Source: Octopus bimaculoides (lineage: Eukaryota). Taken from it: 32,181 nt of DNA. Location of the stretch: assembly GCF_001194135.2 (NCBI RefSeq), contig NC_068992.1:20684543-20716723 (forward strand). Direction: 5' to 3'. A model generated the notes under the pieces. That model worked only from the letters and a program-made list of their open reading frames with translations, had not been told where the DNA came from and searched no databases. A program made the position numbers and the translations under genes. Position 1 is the first letter of the stretch, and each line of letters starts with the position of its first letter. Below, one piece after another: positions 11,872 to 23,220 of this stretch.

Positions 11872-11964
11872 CGGCTACAACACGAAGAATCATTTCTAAT
11901 GTCCTCAATATTACAATGCAAGAATAATGCTTGTATCCGTTGGGTGAAGAAGATTGCCAACTGC
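11872..11964 (-). CDS. Candidate coding exon with two alternative phase 0>2 forms
   Basis: Form A, 11915-11964: AVGNLLHPTDTSIILA(L), sites tttag| and TT|gtaata. Form B, 11872-11960: LAIFFTQRIQALFLHCNIEDIRNDSSCCS(R), sites gcag| and CG|gtgggc. Both link 12092 to 9366. Confidence 0.45.
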
Positions 11965-12091
11965 CTAAATATATTGATTTACTCTTAAAGGTCAACTGTT
12001 TCAGGAAAAAACCATTGATCTGTGTGTTATCTCTAGCGGCAACACATCTCCGGTCTAAATATGACTTACAAATCATTTTATAAACTGTTAC

Positions 12092-12126
12092 CTGCACCAG
12101 TATATGTGTGTTTTCATCATTCAGGC
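12092..12126 (-). CDS. Candidate coding exon (G)LNDENTHILVQ
   Basis: Acceptor ctgtggtcttttccag and donor CAG|gtaaca; the only open frame is phase 1>0, matching the 14384 exon. Confidence 0.55.
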
Positions 12127-12550
12127 CTGGAAAAGACCACAGTACTATAACATGGTCTGTGTTAATTTAGACTCAATATGGAGCATCAAATACGCATTGA
12201 TAGACGAACACAAATATTTAAAAAAGGATCAATTTATGTTATTTGAATAACAGATAAATCGTAAGATCTAAATACAACTTACAAATATATTAGGAATATC
12301 TGCTATTGAATTTGTAAAATATATTACACGTTCAGCAATGATGTATAACACCATCTCAACGATTGTATTACTTTCAATTTGATGTGTGTTTACGACTCAA
12401 AACTGGAAACCACAGTTTTTGTGGTGTACACATTATAAATACATATATGTACATGTGAGTGTATGTGTATGTGCGCGCGTGGGACTTTGCATGTGAGTGT
12501 GTGTATAGTGTGTGTGGTATCTAGTTTGTGTGCATGCGTGCCTGTGGTAT

Positions 12551-12605
12551 ACATATATATTCGTTTCAGCCCAAATGATGTGGTCATGCTGGAGCATCGT
12601 TAAAA
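12551..12605 (-). mobile_element. Possible 3'-terminal fragment of SINE family B
   Basis: gtttcagcccaaatgatgtggtcatgctggagcatcg resembles the tail I recall for this family and lies beside a TG/TA microsatellite; there is no second copy in the window. Confidence 0.25.
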
Positions 12606-12791
12606 AGTGTTGTTACACTTTCATTCATACTCCTTTAATAGTTAATATTCGATGATGAGTTCTGCTGTCCACATTTGTATTTCGTATTGTGAAGTTGGGT
12701 CATCTAGGAATATTAAGAGTAAGAGAGCCAATTTAAATTTGAAAACATCTACATGTATCCCAGACATACGCATGCATATATGTATGTATGA

Positions 12792-12825
<34 letters not shown>

Positions 12826-13489
12826 NNNNNNNNNNNNNNNNNNNNNNNNNNNNNNNNNNNNNNNNNNNNNNNNNNNNNNNNNNNNNNNNNNNNNNNNNNN
12901 NNNNNNNNNNNNNNNNNNNNNNNNNNNNNNNNNNNNNNNNNNNNNNNNNNNNNNNNNNNNNNNNNNNNNNNNNNNNNNNNNNNNNNNNNNNNNNNNNNNN
13001 NNNNNNNNNNNNNNNNNNNNNNNNNNNNNNNNNNNNNNNNNNNNNNNNNNNNNNNNNNNNNNNNNNNNNNNNNNNNNNNNNNNNNNNNNNNNNNNNNNNN
13101 NNNNNNNNNNNNNNNNNNNNNNNNNNNNNNNNNNNNNNNNNNNNNNNNNNNNNNNNNNNNNNNNNNNNNNNNNNNNNNNNNNNNNNNNNNNNNNNNNNNN
13201 NNNNNNNNNNNNNNNNNNNNNNNNNNNNNNNNNNNNNNNNNNNNNNNNNNNNNNNNNNNNNNNNNNNNNNNNNNNNNNNNNNNNNNNNNNNNNNNNNNNN
13301 NNNNNNNNNNNNNNNNNNNNNNNNNNNNNNNNNNNNNNNNNNNNNNNNNNNNNNNNNNNNNNNNNNNNNNNNNNNNNNNNNNNNNNNNNNNNNNNNNNNN
13401 NNNNNNNNNNNNNNNNNNNNNNNNNNNNNNNNNNNNNNNNNNNNNNNNNNNNNNNNNNNNNNNNNNNNNNNNNATATATATATATATAC

Positions 13490-13794
13490 ATATTGGAGAG
13501 CAAAAATATATGATATGACACATCTAGAAATCAAATCAATTTTGGGTGCGATGGTTGTAATTGCACTCCTTAAGACAATTGCTGAATGCACTAGATTTCG
13601 AAAATATTTCAATTACTTTAGTATTTTATCTGCATACGCACCATTATTTGGTGAAGTATGGGCGAGCATTGTGTTGCATTTTAGACGAAAGGAAGATGCA
13701 GATATATTTTGTTGCAATAGTAAAGTTGATGTTATGAAACATATAATACACAATTAAAAGTAGAACGTTAGAATGTTAACGTAAGCACCCTGTA
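13490..13794 (+). mobile_element. Possible Tc1-like 3' remnant
   Basis: Ends caccctgTA, a common Tc1/mariner terminus; the peptide GEVWASI...CCNSKVDVMKHII* is only loosely like a transposase C-terminus; the left end would lie in the gap. Confidence 0.2.
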
Positions 13795-14383
13795 GTAGAA
13801 ATGAGTATCTAAGCTTCCTTAAATCTTATAGTTTTAATTCTCAAGTGTAGATACTTCATTACTCTCTGAAGATATTTATATCTCTGTGAAAATCAATGAT
13901 GTATAACTAAAGTTTTGGTTTCATCATATCTAATAATGCAAGGTCGAACAAAATCAATTTCAAACGGTGTGAGGTTTGTGCTTTTAAGAGCATTGAATAT
14001 CTCTGTGAATTTTTTATTCATATTCATAGATTATTGATTATGAATGTACAGAATCTTGTATAAATATTGTAGGTGAATAATAGCATGAGAAATAAGGCGC
14101 TTCAGTATGCAATACTGAAGACTATTTGAAAACTTGATGTACTCCAGGTTAAACATTTATGCAAATGAATTAGGAACAGTATCCTTATTCAATTTTCCTT
14201 TAAGCATTGTAGAAAGAAACAATGAATTCCGAGACAAATTCATTGATACTATAATAAATAGGATAGGTTATTTTTTTAATTAGTTTATTTATTTCGAAAT
14301 TTATGATGTATAGTATGCTGATGATAATCATTCAAAATTCGTAATTATAAAATCACAAGAACTTAATATAATATTTGTCTTAC

Positions 14384-14451
14384 CTATGTCAGTTAGATTA
14401 TGCGGGTAGTTGGTAACCATTTCTAGTTGAAGAGAGACAGTTACCAATCTT
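14384..14451 (-). CDS. Candidate coding exon RLVTVSLQLEMVTNYPHNLTDI(G)
   Basis: Acceptor ctaatgtgtgttttttgtgactatgtag with a branch-like ctaat; donor TAG|gtaaga; single open frame, with an in-frame stop just upstream in the intron; phase 2>1. Confidence 0.55.
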
Positions 14452-16240
14452 CTACATAGTCACAAAAAACACACATTAGCATATTAATTCGATTCACCAT
14501 TGCCTTTAACCGATTAATCCATTTTCCTTTGACAAGTAAAGTATAATAAATAAGCTGGGGAAGTAACTAAATGGAATACATTCTCGCCGAAAATTATTAT
14601 TTTTCTCTCCAAGAGCTTTCGTCGAAAATTTACAACCTCGGAACAAAAATAGCGTTTAGAAAGTAATTTCCATTATACATAAACCATGGTATAAATCTAT
14701 ATATACAGATAATGCGAAGTGAAAGGGTATTTAATTCTTAACTTCATTCGCACTTTTGTAGCTAGTGTGAAGTTTTAGTCCTAACAGAGAAATAATAAGG
14801 GTAATCACTTCGATTTATTTTCTCTGAGACTGTACTATAAATTCAAATGCTGCAGTATAGAAATATACTTATTCAGAGAAGCATAGTTTAATGTGATTCC
14901 TTATAAACGTTAATGCACTATTCTCCACATTCCTACATGATCTTCATTCATACTATATATATAAATATAAGTGATATCACTTTGGAATCATTTTCTCTGT
15001 ATAGATGGCTATTAAATTTCTGATTTATCTGTCTAAACTAACGAGTTCTTTATTCTAAGTTTGAAACATGCCATTATATCTCAGATGAGAATTGAATCGA
15101 TTCATTTGCGCAAATAAGAATACGACAATAATCTCATATTCGTAAAAATATATTTTCGAAATAGTTCATTCAAGACATATCTGTGATTGTATCAAAGCTT
15201 TAAATCCCTAAATATTCATTAATAATACTGCACACGATTTTATTGCATTCTCGACAGGCAGTTCTAGTCCATTATTTTAAAGTGTTTCTTACTACGACAG
15301 TTCACGATTTAATCCCACATACCATTCCAGATTCTTCAATGAGTAAATGGAAGACGTTTCCCATACTCTATTTCATCTTTATTGCTCACACGCCACTTGA
15401 AAATATTTACAGGTAAAGAATATCGACATATTGTGCAAGACTATATCAATTTCCAGCTAGTAAAATAATGTAGAGGTGAGTGGTAATTGACAAGAAAATT
15501 TAAAGTAGGAACGAACCGATACGAGTCTCGATTAACTATCGAAAGATTTCATTGTATCTTATGCCCCAAAATATAATAAAATTAAAGTGTAAATATCAGA
15601 ATTCGCAAAATTCTTATTCCGTACAGTTAGGCCCTATGTAATATATACATATACACATACATATTATATGTATATANNNNNNNNNNNNNNNNNNNNNNNN
15701 NNNNNNNNNNNNNNNNNNNNNNNNNNNNNNNNNNNNNNNNNNNNNNNNNNNNNNNNNNNNNNNNNNNNNNNNNNNNNNNNNNNNNNNNNNNNNNNNNNNN
15801 NNNNNNNNNNNNNNNNNNNNNNNNNNNNNNNNNNNNNNNNNNNNNNNNNNNNNNNNNNNNNNNNNNNNNNNNNNNNNNNNNNNNNNNNNNNNNNNNNNNN
15901 NNNNNNNNNNNNNNNATATATATACATATATATATATACTTGAATGCATGCATGTATGTGTATATGTATGCATACGTGTATATATATGTATGTATGTAAG
16001 ATTGTGTTATATAAGTCTACGTCGTATATGATATATCTTTATTCATCCTGTTTGAATAACGCTACGTTGGTAAGTTAAAAAATGTTTCTTTTATGTGTAA
16101 TTAAAGAAATATTTCACTTAATGATGTAAGGAGGGAGTGTCGGCATGAATGTAGAAGAAAAACATTCAAAATAGAATTTCAAGCAGTCTTCTACGCTTGC
16201 ACGTCTGATGTTGACGGCGCCTTCTTCCGTATGCATGTAT

Positions 16241-16365
16241 GCATGTAACCTATGTACTATGCATGTAACCTATGTACTATGCATGTAATCTATGTACTAT
16301 GCATGTAACCTATGTACTATGCATGTAATCTATGTACTATGCATGTAATCTATGTACTATGCATG
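16241..16365. repeat. 20-bp minisatellite, 6 full copies plus a partial copy
   Basis: Unit GCATGTAA(C/T)CTATGTACTAT; the variable base runs C,C,T,C,T,T; no spacers. Confidence 0.97.
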
Positions 16366-16718
16366 CATGCAAGCATGCATGTATGTCTCCATGTATGTAA
16401 GTATAACATGCGTGTGTGATTGTACTGAATTTATCTGCATATTGCTGCAATAAGTTTACAATATACATCAAACATGGGATTTACTAGATAAGATTGATCG
16501 AGAATTAAAAAAAGAAATTGGTTTTTCTTACAAGATAAATCATGGAATGTTATAGATTCTTCAGAATATTTTTCATTTCGTAGCATTTGATTTCAAGCCA
16601 CACATGATATTGTATTCTAGAGCTACCACAGATAAGTGGGGTGTCAGAATTTACTTATGCAGTTTGCTAAATCACATCTCAGCTATCTTTGTCTGTCAGT
16701 TTTCAGATTCACGATCTC

Positions 16719-16720
<2 letters not shown>

Positions 16721-16787
<67 letters not shown>
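16721..16787. repeat. (TAT)n microsatellite
   Basis: Direct reading; abuts repeat copy 2. A short (ATT)n lies on the other side at ~17298-17311. Confidence 0.98.
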
Positions 16788-17297
16788 GAGTGTGAAAACA
16801 GTGCATGCCATCACAGTGACACTAGGGTATAATATACAGAGCCCAGCTTACACGTCATGACTACCTGTCTGATAAGGATACAGTGGTCACATGCATCGCA
16901 ACCATATGTGCGTGACATGGTGATCTTATATCAAGATAAATAGCGCGTGACCTGGCTCCTGGGGTCCAGTTAGAATTTTCGTCAGGTCGAGTAGTCCATC
17001 CTGCTCAAAAAGGGTTGTTTAAAGATGTTGAACGAAACACCCATGTTTCCAGAGTGAATTATCCAAACCCCAAAGTAATCCTCTCAATACATGACTATGA
17101 TGCTCTCCACTAGTTCTGCTCGTGATCAGAGATGCGCATATCGTCAGCCACTAACTGACAAGCAAATTTTTGGTATTGAGCAGATTATTTTCTGTAGCTC
17201 ATCTTTTATATCAAGGCAAATAAATGTACATGATAACACTTCCACTCGATTAAGATCAGAAGCTATGAGAGCCACCGCCTGGTACACCATCAGCGCA
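16788..17297 (-). mobile_element. ~510-bp non-coding interspersed repeat embedded in (AAT)n, copy 2
   Basis: Same termini and orientation as 2605-3127; each copy carries internal segments the other lacks. Confidence 0.85.
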
Positions 17298-17574
17298 TTT
17301 ATTATTATTATAATTAGTTTTATTAGCATCTTCTTTCAACTCTATTTCCATTTCTTGCGGAGTGTCTTCCTGGCAAAGACACGTATTGTATTAAAATAAA
17401 CGAACCAGATTGTTTATTTACAAAATCTAGTAATAGAGAAAAGGGAAAGATAGAGAAAAAGGTGCAAAAAATTAAAGGAGTAAATAAATAAAAATAAAGG
17501 GGGAGTACAAAGAAAATTCGAAGCGACAATGCCCTTCTCAATACGAGTGACGTAGCAGTTGAGACAATTGTTTG

Positions 17575-17650
17575 AAACACTGGAGTCGATCTAATCGACT
17601 AGCCACTCCCCACAAATGTGAGGCCTTGTGCCTCCACTAGAAAGGATTAT
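17575..17650 (+). mobile_element. SINE family A, 3' fragment
   Basis: gaaacactggagtcgatctaatcgactagcc...aggccttgtgcc matches the 3' halves of the 21203 and 28236 copies. Confidence 0.5.
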
Positions 17651-18059
17651 TCGTTTTTTTCTTTGTTGTCATTCTGCTGGTTCATCACTGCTGTTTCCTG
17701 GAGAGGCGTTATGCCATTGATAACACGCACACTGGTTCTATTTCATATCTGTAAATACGCATTTGAATTATTTCCAGTATCGCTGATTTCTTCACGGTTG
17801 CGGCTGATAATAGATGGAAAATACCTGAAGAATTCTTTCAAACTAAACAATTATATTATCGGAGATGTACTTGCATAGCAAGTGACCTGATCTAAGATCG
17901 TGTGCTGGGAATTTTGTCAGTGAAGAGGTTGTGGACTGAAAGCGACGAAAATATTTTGGCAAATTAAATTTAAATGCTGAAGTGAATCTAACGGTTTTTG
18001 TGTGTTATTTTAAATGGCTTATAAACACCTGCCAAGCTACAATTATATAATCTTTTTTT

Positions 18060-18090
18060 TTTTATCCACAACCGAGCGTTGTGGATAAAA
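18060..18090. other. Perfect 13-bp inverted repeat (hairpin, 5-nt loop)
   Basis: ttttatccacaac-cgagc-gttgtggataaaa; function unknown. Confidence 0.9.
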
Positions 18091-18417
18091 CGTTTGTTAA
18101 GGTCAAAGAATACATTTCAAGAAACTCTATGAGAAATAATCTGACATTTCTGTTGTTAAAGTCCTTAAGTTTAAATAAAACGTGATTTTCTTAAAATAAT
18201 TCCAAAATCAATTATTCTTAATATGATGAGCTTAGTTTCCTGAAATTAGTTCACACGAAGACTATTAACAATGACCAGACATTAAGAGGCAGAGACGTGG
18301 AAGAAATGGAACTAAATTAATATGTAGATAAACATTGATGTGTTATGTTCGTTGTCTTTGTTTGGAGGAAGAAATGAAATACGCCGTTTTGCCTTTCGGA
18401 GATTAAAAATGTACTAT

Positions 18418-18758
18418 TATATACATACACATATATGTGTACGTATATTTGTGTCTATATACATATATACATGTGTGTCTATACAAAACATATGCACTTG
18501 TATATGTATATATGTACATATATACATATCTATACATGCATGTGTGTGTGTGTGTGCGTGTTTATGTGAGTAGAACGGATAAGTGATGTGAGAGGTGAGA
18601 AAAGACGTTTCATTATTTGAATCCCTATTTCTACTACGTGTGTGCATGTGCGTTAGTGTGTGTGTTTGTGTGTGTGCGTGTGAGTGCGTGTCTGTGTGTG
18701 TGCTTATGTATAAGTATGTTTGAAATACATACTCATGCACAGATCACTTCTCACTCTA

Positions 18759-18805
<47 letters not shown>

Positions 18806-18842
18806 TTCTCTCTTTATACATACAAATCATTACACGTATATG
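18418..18842. repeat. Compound TA/TG/CT microsatellite region
   Basis: Direct reading; near-pure (CT)n at ~18763-18810. Confidence 0.9.
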
Positions 18843-19053
18843 TACGAGGTATGATCAATAAGTATCCGTACTGTTGTCATAGTAACGAGGGTAACGTCAT
18901 ATTAGTTCAAGTAATACAACCTCATAAACATTTTGGGGAAATGATTATGTTCTGGGCTTTTACGCTAGTTTCTCTCTTGCCTTAGCTATAGTGAGGATGG
19001 GATTTATCCAAGACTGCTTCTCAGAGCAGATCATATCGGAGATTTTCTTCGTA
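18843..19053 (+). mobile_element. Mariner-like terminal repeat / MITE-like remnant
   Basis: TA-cgaggtatgatcaataagtatccgtactg is a typical mariner-type end; the partner end at ~19035-19053 (cggagattttcttcgTA) is only partial. Confidence 0.35.
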
Positions 19054-21202
19054 CGTTTTTCCAATGAAAAGTGAGCAGGTGTAATTTGTTGTTGAAAATT
19101 TTGTTTTTATTCTTGATAATACATTCTTGATATTGATAAGTCGAACAGAATTTATCACATACATCACAGCAAAATAGAAATACATACGTTCTTTTCGCCG
19201 ATATCATATAAAGCGTCACGAAAAGCTATACGTTTAATGTAATGTCCACTTTAATAAAATGAAAATTTAACTGATATCAGATTTTCACACAGCAATTTGA
19301 GTAAAGAAACAGATCTAATTGCAATTCCTATGCTTGAGACATATTCATATTTTCAAATTAGCATTATCTAGTAGTTGAGGAATAGAAAGTAAAAAGAAAG
19401 CTACATTAAGCCTAAATAAAGACTCTATTATTTCAGAGCTTAGGAAGATGTACTTTGGTAAATGATCGATTGATAGATACGTTTCTTGTCCAGTAAGTAA
19501 CTTATATCAGCGTATGTAGACTATATGATCAAATAAGTTGTGACCTTTTCTATTGATATTTTGGTAATTGCTTGAAGTTCAATGTTTTTGTTAAGTAAAT
19601 TCAATTATTAAGTAAGTCTTTTAATGATCGTTTCATTCTACAATGTGCCCGTTTCATTGCGGTGCCAGACAAAAGTAAGTAGACATTTATCAACCGCTGT
19701 TAGAAACATGTTACGTTATTTAGTTTCAAAATGTTTCCTTAACACGCTACCCACCTTTAACATTCAGAATAACTTAACGTGGTATTCCTCTTTGTAATTG
19801 AACGCTTCTATATGGATATGAATTCTTCACATTGACATTTGAACTATATTATTATAGTTGTGTGTAGACTATTCTCATTTCATTCTTATATTAAAGATGT
19901 CAGGTATATCCGTTCTCTTCAACATATTTGTTTTAGTAGTTAGTTAATAGCCATCACTTTATGATGAAGTATTACAGGTGGAGTGCACGTACCTTAATTA
20001 AAAATGTTTTAGCTGTTCGTGTGTCTTGGTTCTACTTGATGTCACTACCACCTTGTATTAATCGAGTAGATATCTTGTCTTGATCTAACGCTACCACCGA
20101 TGACATTATTCAATGTTTATATAATTTACATAATTTCAACATCCATTAACACTAGTTCAAATTCGACACGTGCGAATGTCATTTTCTTGCTTATATTGAT
20201 GAGAGAGCGATATGATAACGAACAAGCTATAGCTCAATGTTTCAAACATTTATATATCCGATAATTCGGTTTGGGTTATGTGCCATTGCCAAATTACATA
20301 CACGTAAACATTGAGTTTACCTAATTCTACCTTAGTTGATTTTCTATGAAATCATGACGGAGACGCTACTTCTTACTTGTACAACTAAGGTCACGTTTTA
20401 CTCAAAATATGTTTGTATTTGTGATATTAATCTGGTATAAGACATCATTATGAGACCACTAAATTGGCCCCATAGATTTGTTATTTACCTTGTGGTTCAT
20501 TTCTTCATGCATTCGATTTGCGATGCGTTTTTTTTTTTGCATTTACATAATAGAAACACGTGACACATCCATACCGTGTATCTACAATTTAGTTGGGGCT
20601 GATCTAATTTTGAAGTTGATTGATGCGGTTTTCTATGAGAACATTCCTTTAGATGCATCTCTGTAGTTTGAGTTTACGTTTTAATATGAGACAAAGAAGA
20701 ACAGTATAGCCAAAACAGATCCGAAATTTATATCTATCGCATCTATATTTTCTCACACATCACCAGGGATTATGTCCAAAATTTCCTTTAAGAACTATTC
20801 ACAAAAGACAGTTCATAGAATATATATGTATCGATGATTTCTGAATATTAGAAATTATATTAACAAGCATTGGTTAAGTCCTCACGAGTTCGACTAAGAG
20901 CATTAATAATGAAAACATTCATTGTCATAATCATGATACCATAGAAAAAAATAACACAAATTTATTTAAAAGTTGGTAGCTATCTGACGCACGTACTTAT
21001 TAGTGAAAGTGTATTATTATGCACAATATATTAATTTCCAGTTAAATATTTAATAACCTGGCATAAACAATGTCCACTGATATTCAGAAACACCACGCCA
21101 AAACACTCATAAATAAACTTACACGAAGCTGCCCAGGTGTACACCCACAAAGATATGTAAGTAGACAATGTTCTATTGGTATGTGTATGTGGTTGTGTGT
21201 GG

Positions 21203-21419
21203 AAAGCCGCGAACTGACGGCATTGATAGCATGCACGGCAAAATGCTTAGCGCCGTTTCGTCCGTCATAACGTTTTGAGTTGAGATTCTGCCGAGATCAA
21301 CTTTGCCTTCATCCTTTCGAGATCAATAAATTAAGTACCAGTGAAATACTGGGGTCAATGTAATTGACCTAATCCCTCACCTGAAATGGCTTACCGTGTG
21401 CTAAAATTTAAAATCATTA
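21203..21419 (+). mobile_element. SINE family A (tRNA-like head, conserved core), near full length
   Basis: Aligns with 28236-28455 over ~215 bp, including the core actttgcc-ttcatcctttcgagatcaataaattaagtaccag. Confidence 0.8.
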
Positions 21420-21514
21420 CTAAAAGACTAGACAGAACGCATTGTGGTATAAAATCCGGCTCTCTGCGTTCTAATTTAATATATATGCGAAATACTTGTG
21501 GGTGGGTATATGCC

Positions 21515-21915
21515 TGACTGTGTATGTCAGTATATATGTATGTATGTGTGTTTGTAAGTGTATATATATATATATATATGTGTGTGTGGGGGGGGTGTAT
21601 GTGTGTATGTATGTGTGTGTGTGTGTATACCTATCTGGTTATGTATATGTATATATATATATATTCGTGCGAGGGATCGTCACTGGATTCCACATTTACA
21701 CCGGGTTCTTAAATAATAAATGAGCGAATGGGGAGGAAATAGTGGTGCTATGAAACTAGCGCTATCTCTAATACACGCAATTTACATGTGCACTGGTGTA
21801 GTTATGTGTGAGGCCGAGTGTATGTGTTTACTTCTATGTGTGTCGTGTATGCGTGTAAACACACATTCACAAACACACACACATACGTGTGTATATACTG
21901 ACAAACACACATATA
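21515..21915. repeat. Degenerate TA/TG/CA microsatellite region
   Basis: Direct reading; interrupted by a unique stretch at ~21665-21800. Confidence 0.8.
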
Positions 21916-21919
21916 AATG

Positions 21920-22440
21920 TATCTGCGTCTGAATTCTGTTCTAAACTTCCTTTTTGTTTCCAAAATTATACAAAGTGCATTGTAGAAGTTTTGAAACATT
22001 GTTTTTTTAATTTCAAAGCGTACAAAGCACTAATCTTATTCAAAGTAGAATTCTTTTAGTTTAATGCAATTTTTGTGGCGTACCAGCCACGCTATGAAGA
22101 CCCTTTGAAATTCTTTCAAAGTAAAGCCATCCATGGCCTTTGTCACAGTCTCTTTCATCTTTCCAATCATCCGACTGATGTTTTCCTTCAGATCGAAGAA
22201 CAATCAAATGTTACCGGGAGAAAGATCTGGACTATACTGAGGGAGAGTTTTGGTGTCCACCTCTCTCAAGAAGTTGCTTACCATAATGGAATTGTGGACT
22301 GGTGCATTATTGTCAGGCATTGTTGTCAGGCAGTGGAAGGGCTCTATTCTTTTGCAATGAAAATTTTCATGAACAACCTCAACACAAAGTACTCTTTGGT
22401 GACCTGGCTAGAGGTAGAGGTAACCGAGTGGATGACGTTA
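21920..22440 (-). mobile_element. 3' half of a mariner-type transposase pseudogene
   Basis: Minus strand reads LCVEVVHENFHCKRIEPF...DNNAPVHNSIMVSNFLREVDTKTLPQYSPDLSPGNI*LFFDLKENI...KMKETVTKAMDGFTLKEFQRVFIAWLVRHKNCIKLKEFYFE* (stop at 22036-22038). It differs in sequence from the 10274 element. Confidence 0.8.
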
Positions 22441-22639
22441 CTTCACTTTTGATAAACGGGATTATTATGTCCTTCCCGTTGGTCTCTAAGCAGTATAGTA
22501 GTGTTAGTTGTGCACTGTCTGTGAGAAAAACAACGCAATTCACTCTGCTAAGCATTTGGAAACAACGTACTTGGCATTGGTGCCTGAAACTCCGATACAA
22601 ACAGACAGTGAACAGAGGACAAATGTTGATTTTCCGTGT

Positions 22640-23220
22640 CCCCAAAACATGTACCGAGAATGATAACAATCAAATATCCAGTCAACATTATGGCGCAGTT
22701 ATGCCTCTATTCATCTTCTCACACGGCCTCACTCTGAACAGCAGGCTTACAGAAAGGGTCTTGACGAGTTAGCGCTGCCCTGTGTCAAGAGGGCAGCTGC
22801 TTGAAGACCCTATATCAAGCAACACGATTCTGTACCATACCAGAGAAGCAGGAGAATCGACTCATGACAATCTGGAAATTTCTGCCACCACATCACTACA
22901 TTTGGCCTCCTTACTCCCCAGATTGCTATCTCCTTGATTATCATGTGCGGAGCGCAGTTGAGCGAGAGACTAAAACAGTTCTTGTAACACCAAATGTGAA
23001 CTGAAAGCAAGGATTATAGCAGCATTCTCCAACTTAAGAAAGGAAACCATCCAGAAATGTTGCAGGAGATTTCGAAGTCGTCTGCAGTCCAATGGGGATT
23101 TTATTGAATAAATCTACTCTTTAGTATTTTAAGATATTTTTAATGTAATTTTGATAAATATGTCTGTTAAAATAAGATGTTAGTGTTACTTTCATTTTTT
23201 GCGTAATTTAGACGACAATA
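22640..23220 (+). mobile_element. 3' half of a DD37D (maT-like) Tc1/mariner transposase pseudogene
   Basis: Segments VMPLFIFSHGLTLN; LPCVKRAAA*RPYIKQHDSVPY; IWPPYSPDCYLLDYHVRSAVERET; ELKARIIAAFSNLRKETIQKCCRRFRSRLQSNGDFIE* (stop at 23109-23111). The third catalytic residue is D (LLDY). Spacing from QHD is about 37 allowing for a frameshift. The element appears to end at ttgcgtaatttagacgacaaTA. Confidence 0.85.

Noticed and set aside
8739-14451. Assignment of the gene to ARMC10-like, C2-domain, mucolipin or DAG-kinase families
   Set aside because: Only short, mutually inconsistent resemblances with wrong spacing; no gene symbol is justified.
16241-16365. CRISPR-like array
   Set aside because: Units are contiguous with no spacers, no cas genes are present, and the context is eukaryotic.
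17860-18050. Hammerhead-ribozyme/Penelope-like layout (gtgaaga-ggt tgtgg act-gaaa) in a segment resembling an octopus repeat I recall
   Set aside because: The core is GUGAAGA rather than CUGANGA, and no stem III with a UH cleavage site can be formed. Repeat identity rests on memory only, with no second copy in the window.
18062-18088. Two inverted perfect DnaA boxes (TTATCCACA / TGTGGATAA)
   Set aside because: One 9-mer mirrored by the hairpin, with no bacterial genes or origin context; treated as coincidence.
21122-21171. Minus-strand exon candidate next to a SINE head (also 20575-20660)
   Set aside because: Poor polypyrimidine tracts; all frames are open or the phase is incompatible, so there is no discriminating evidence.
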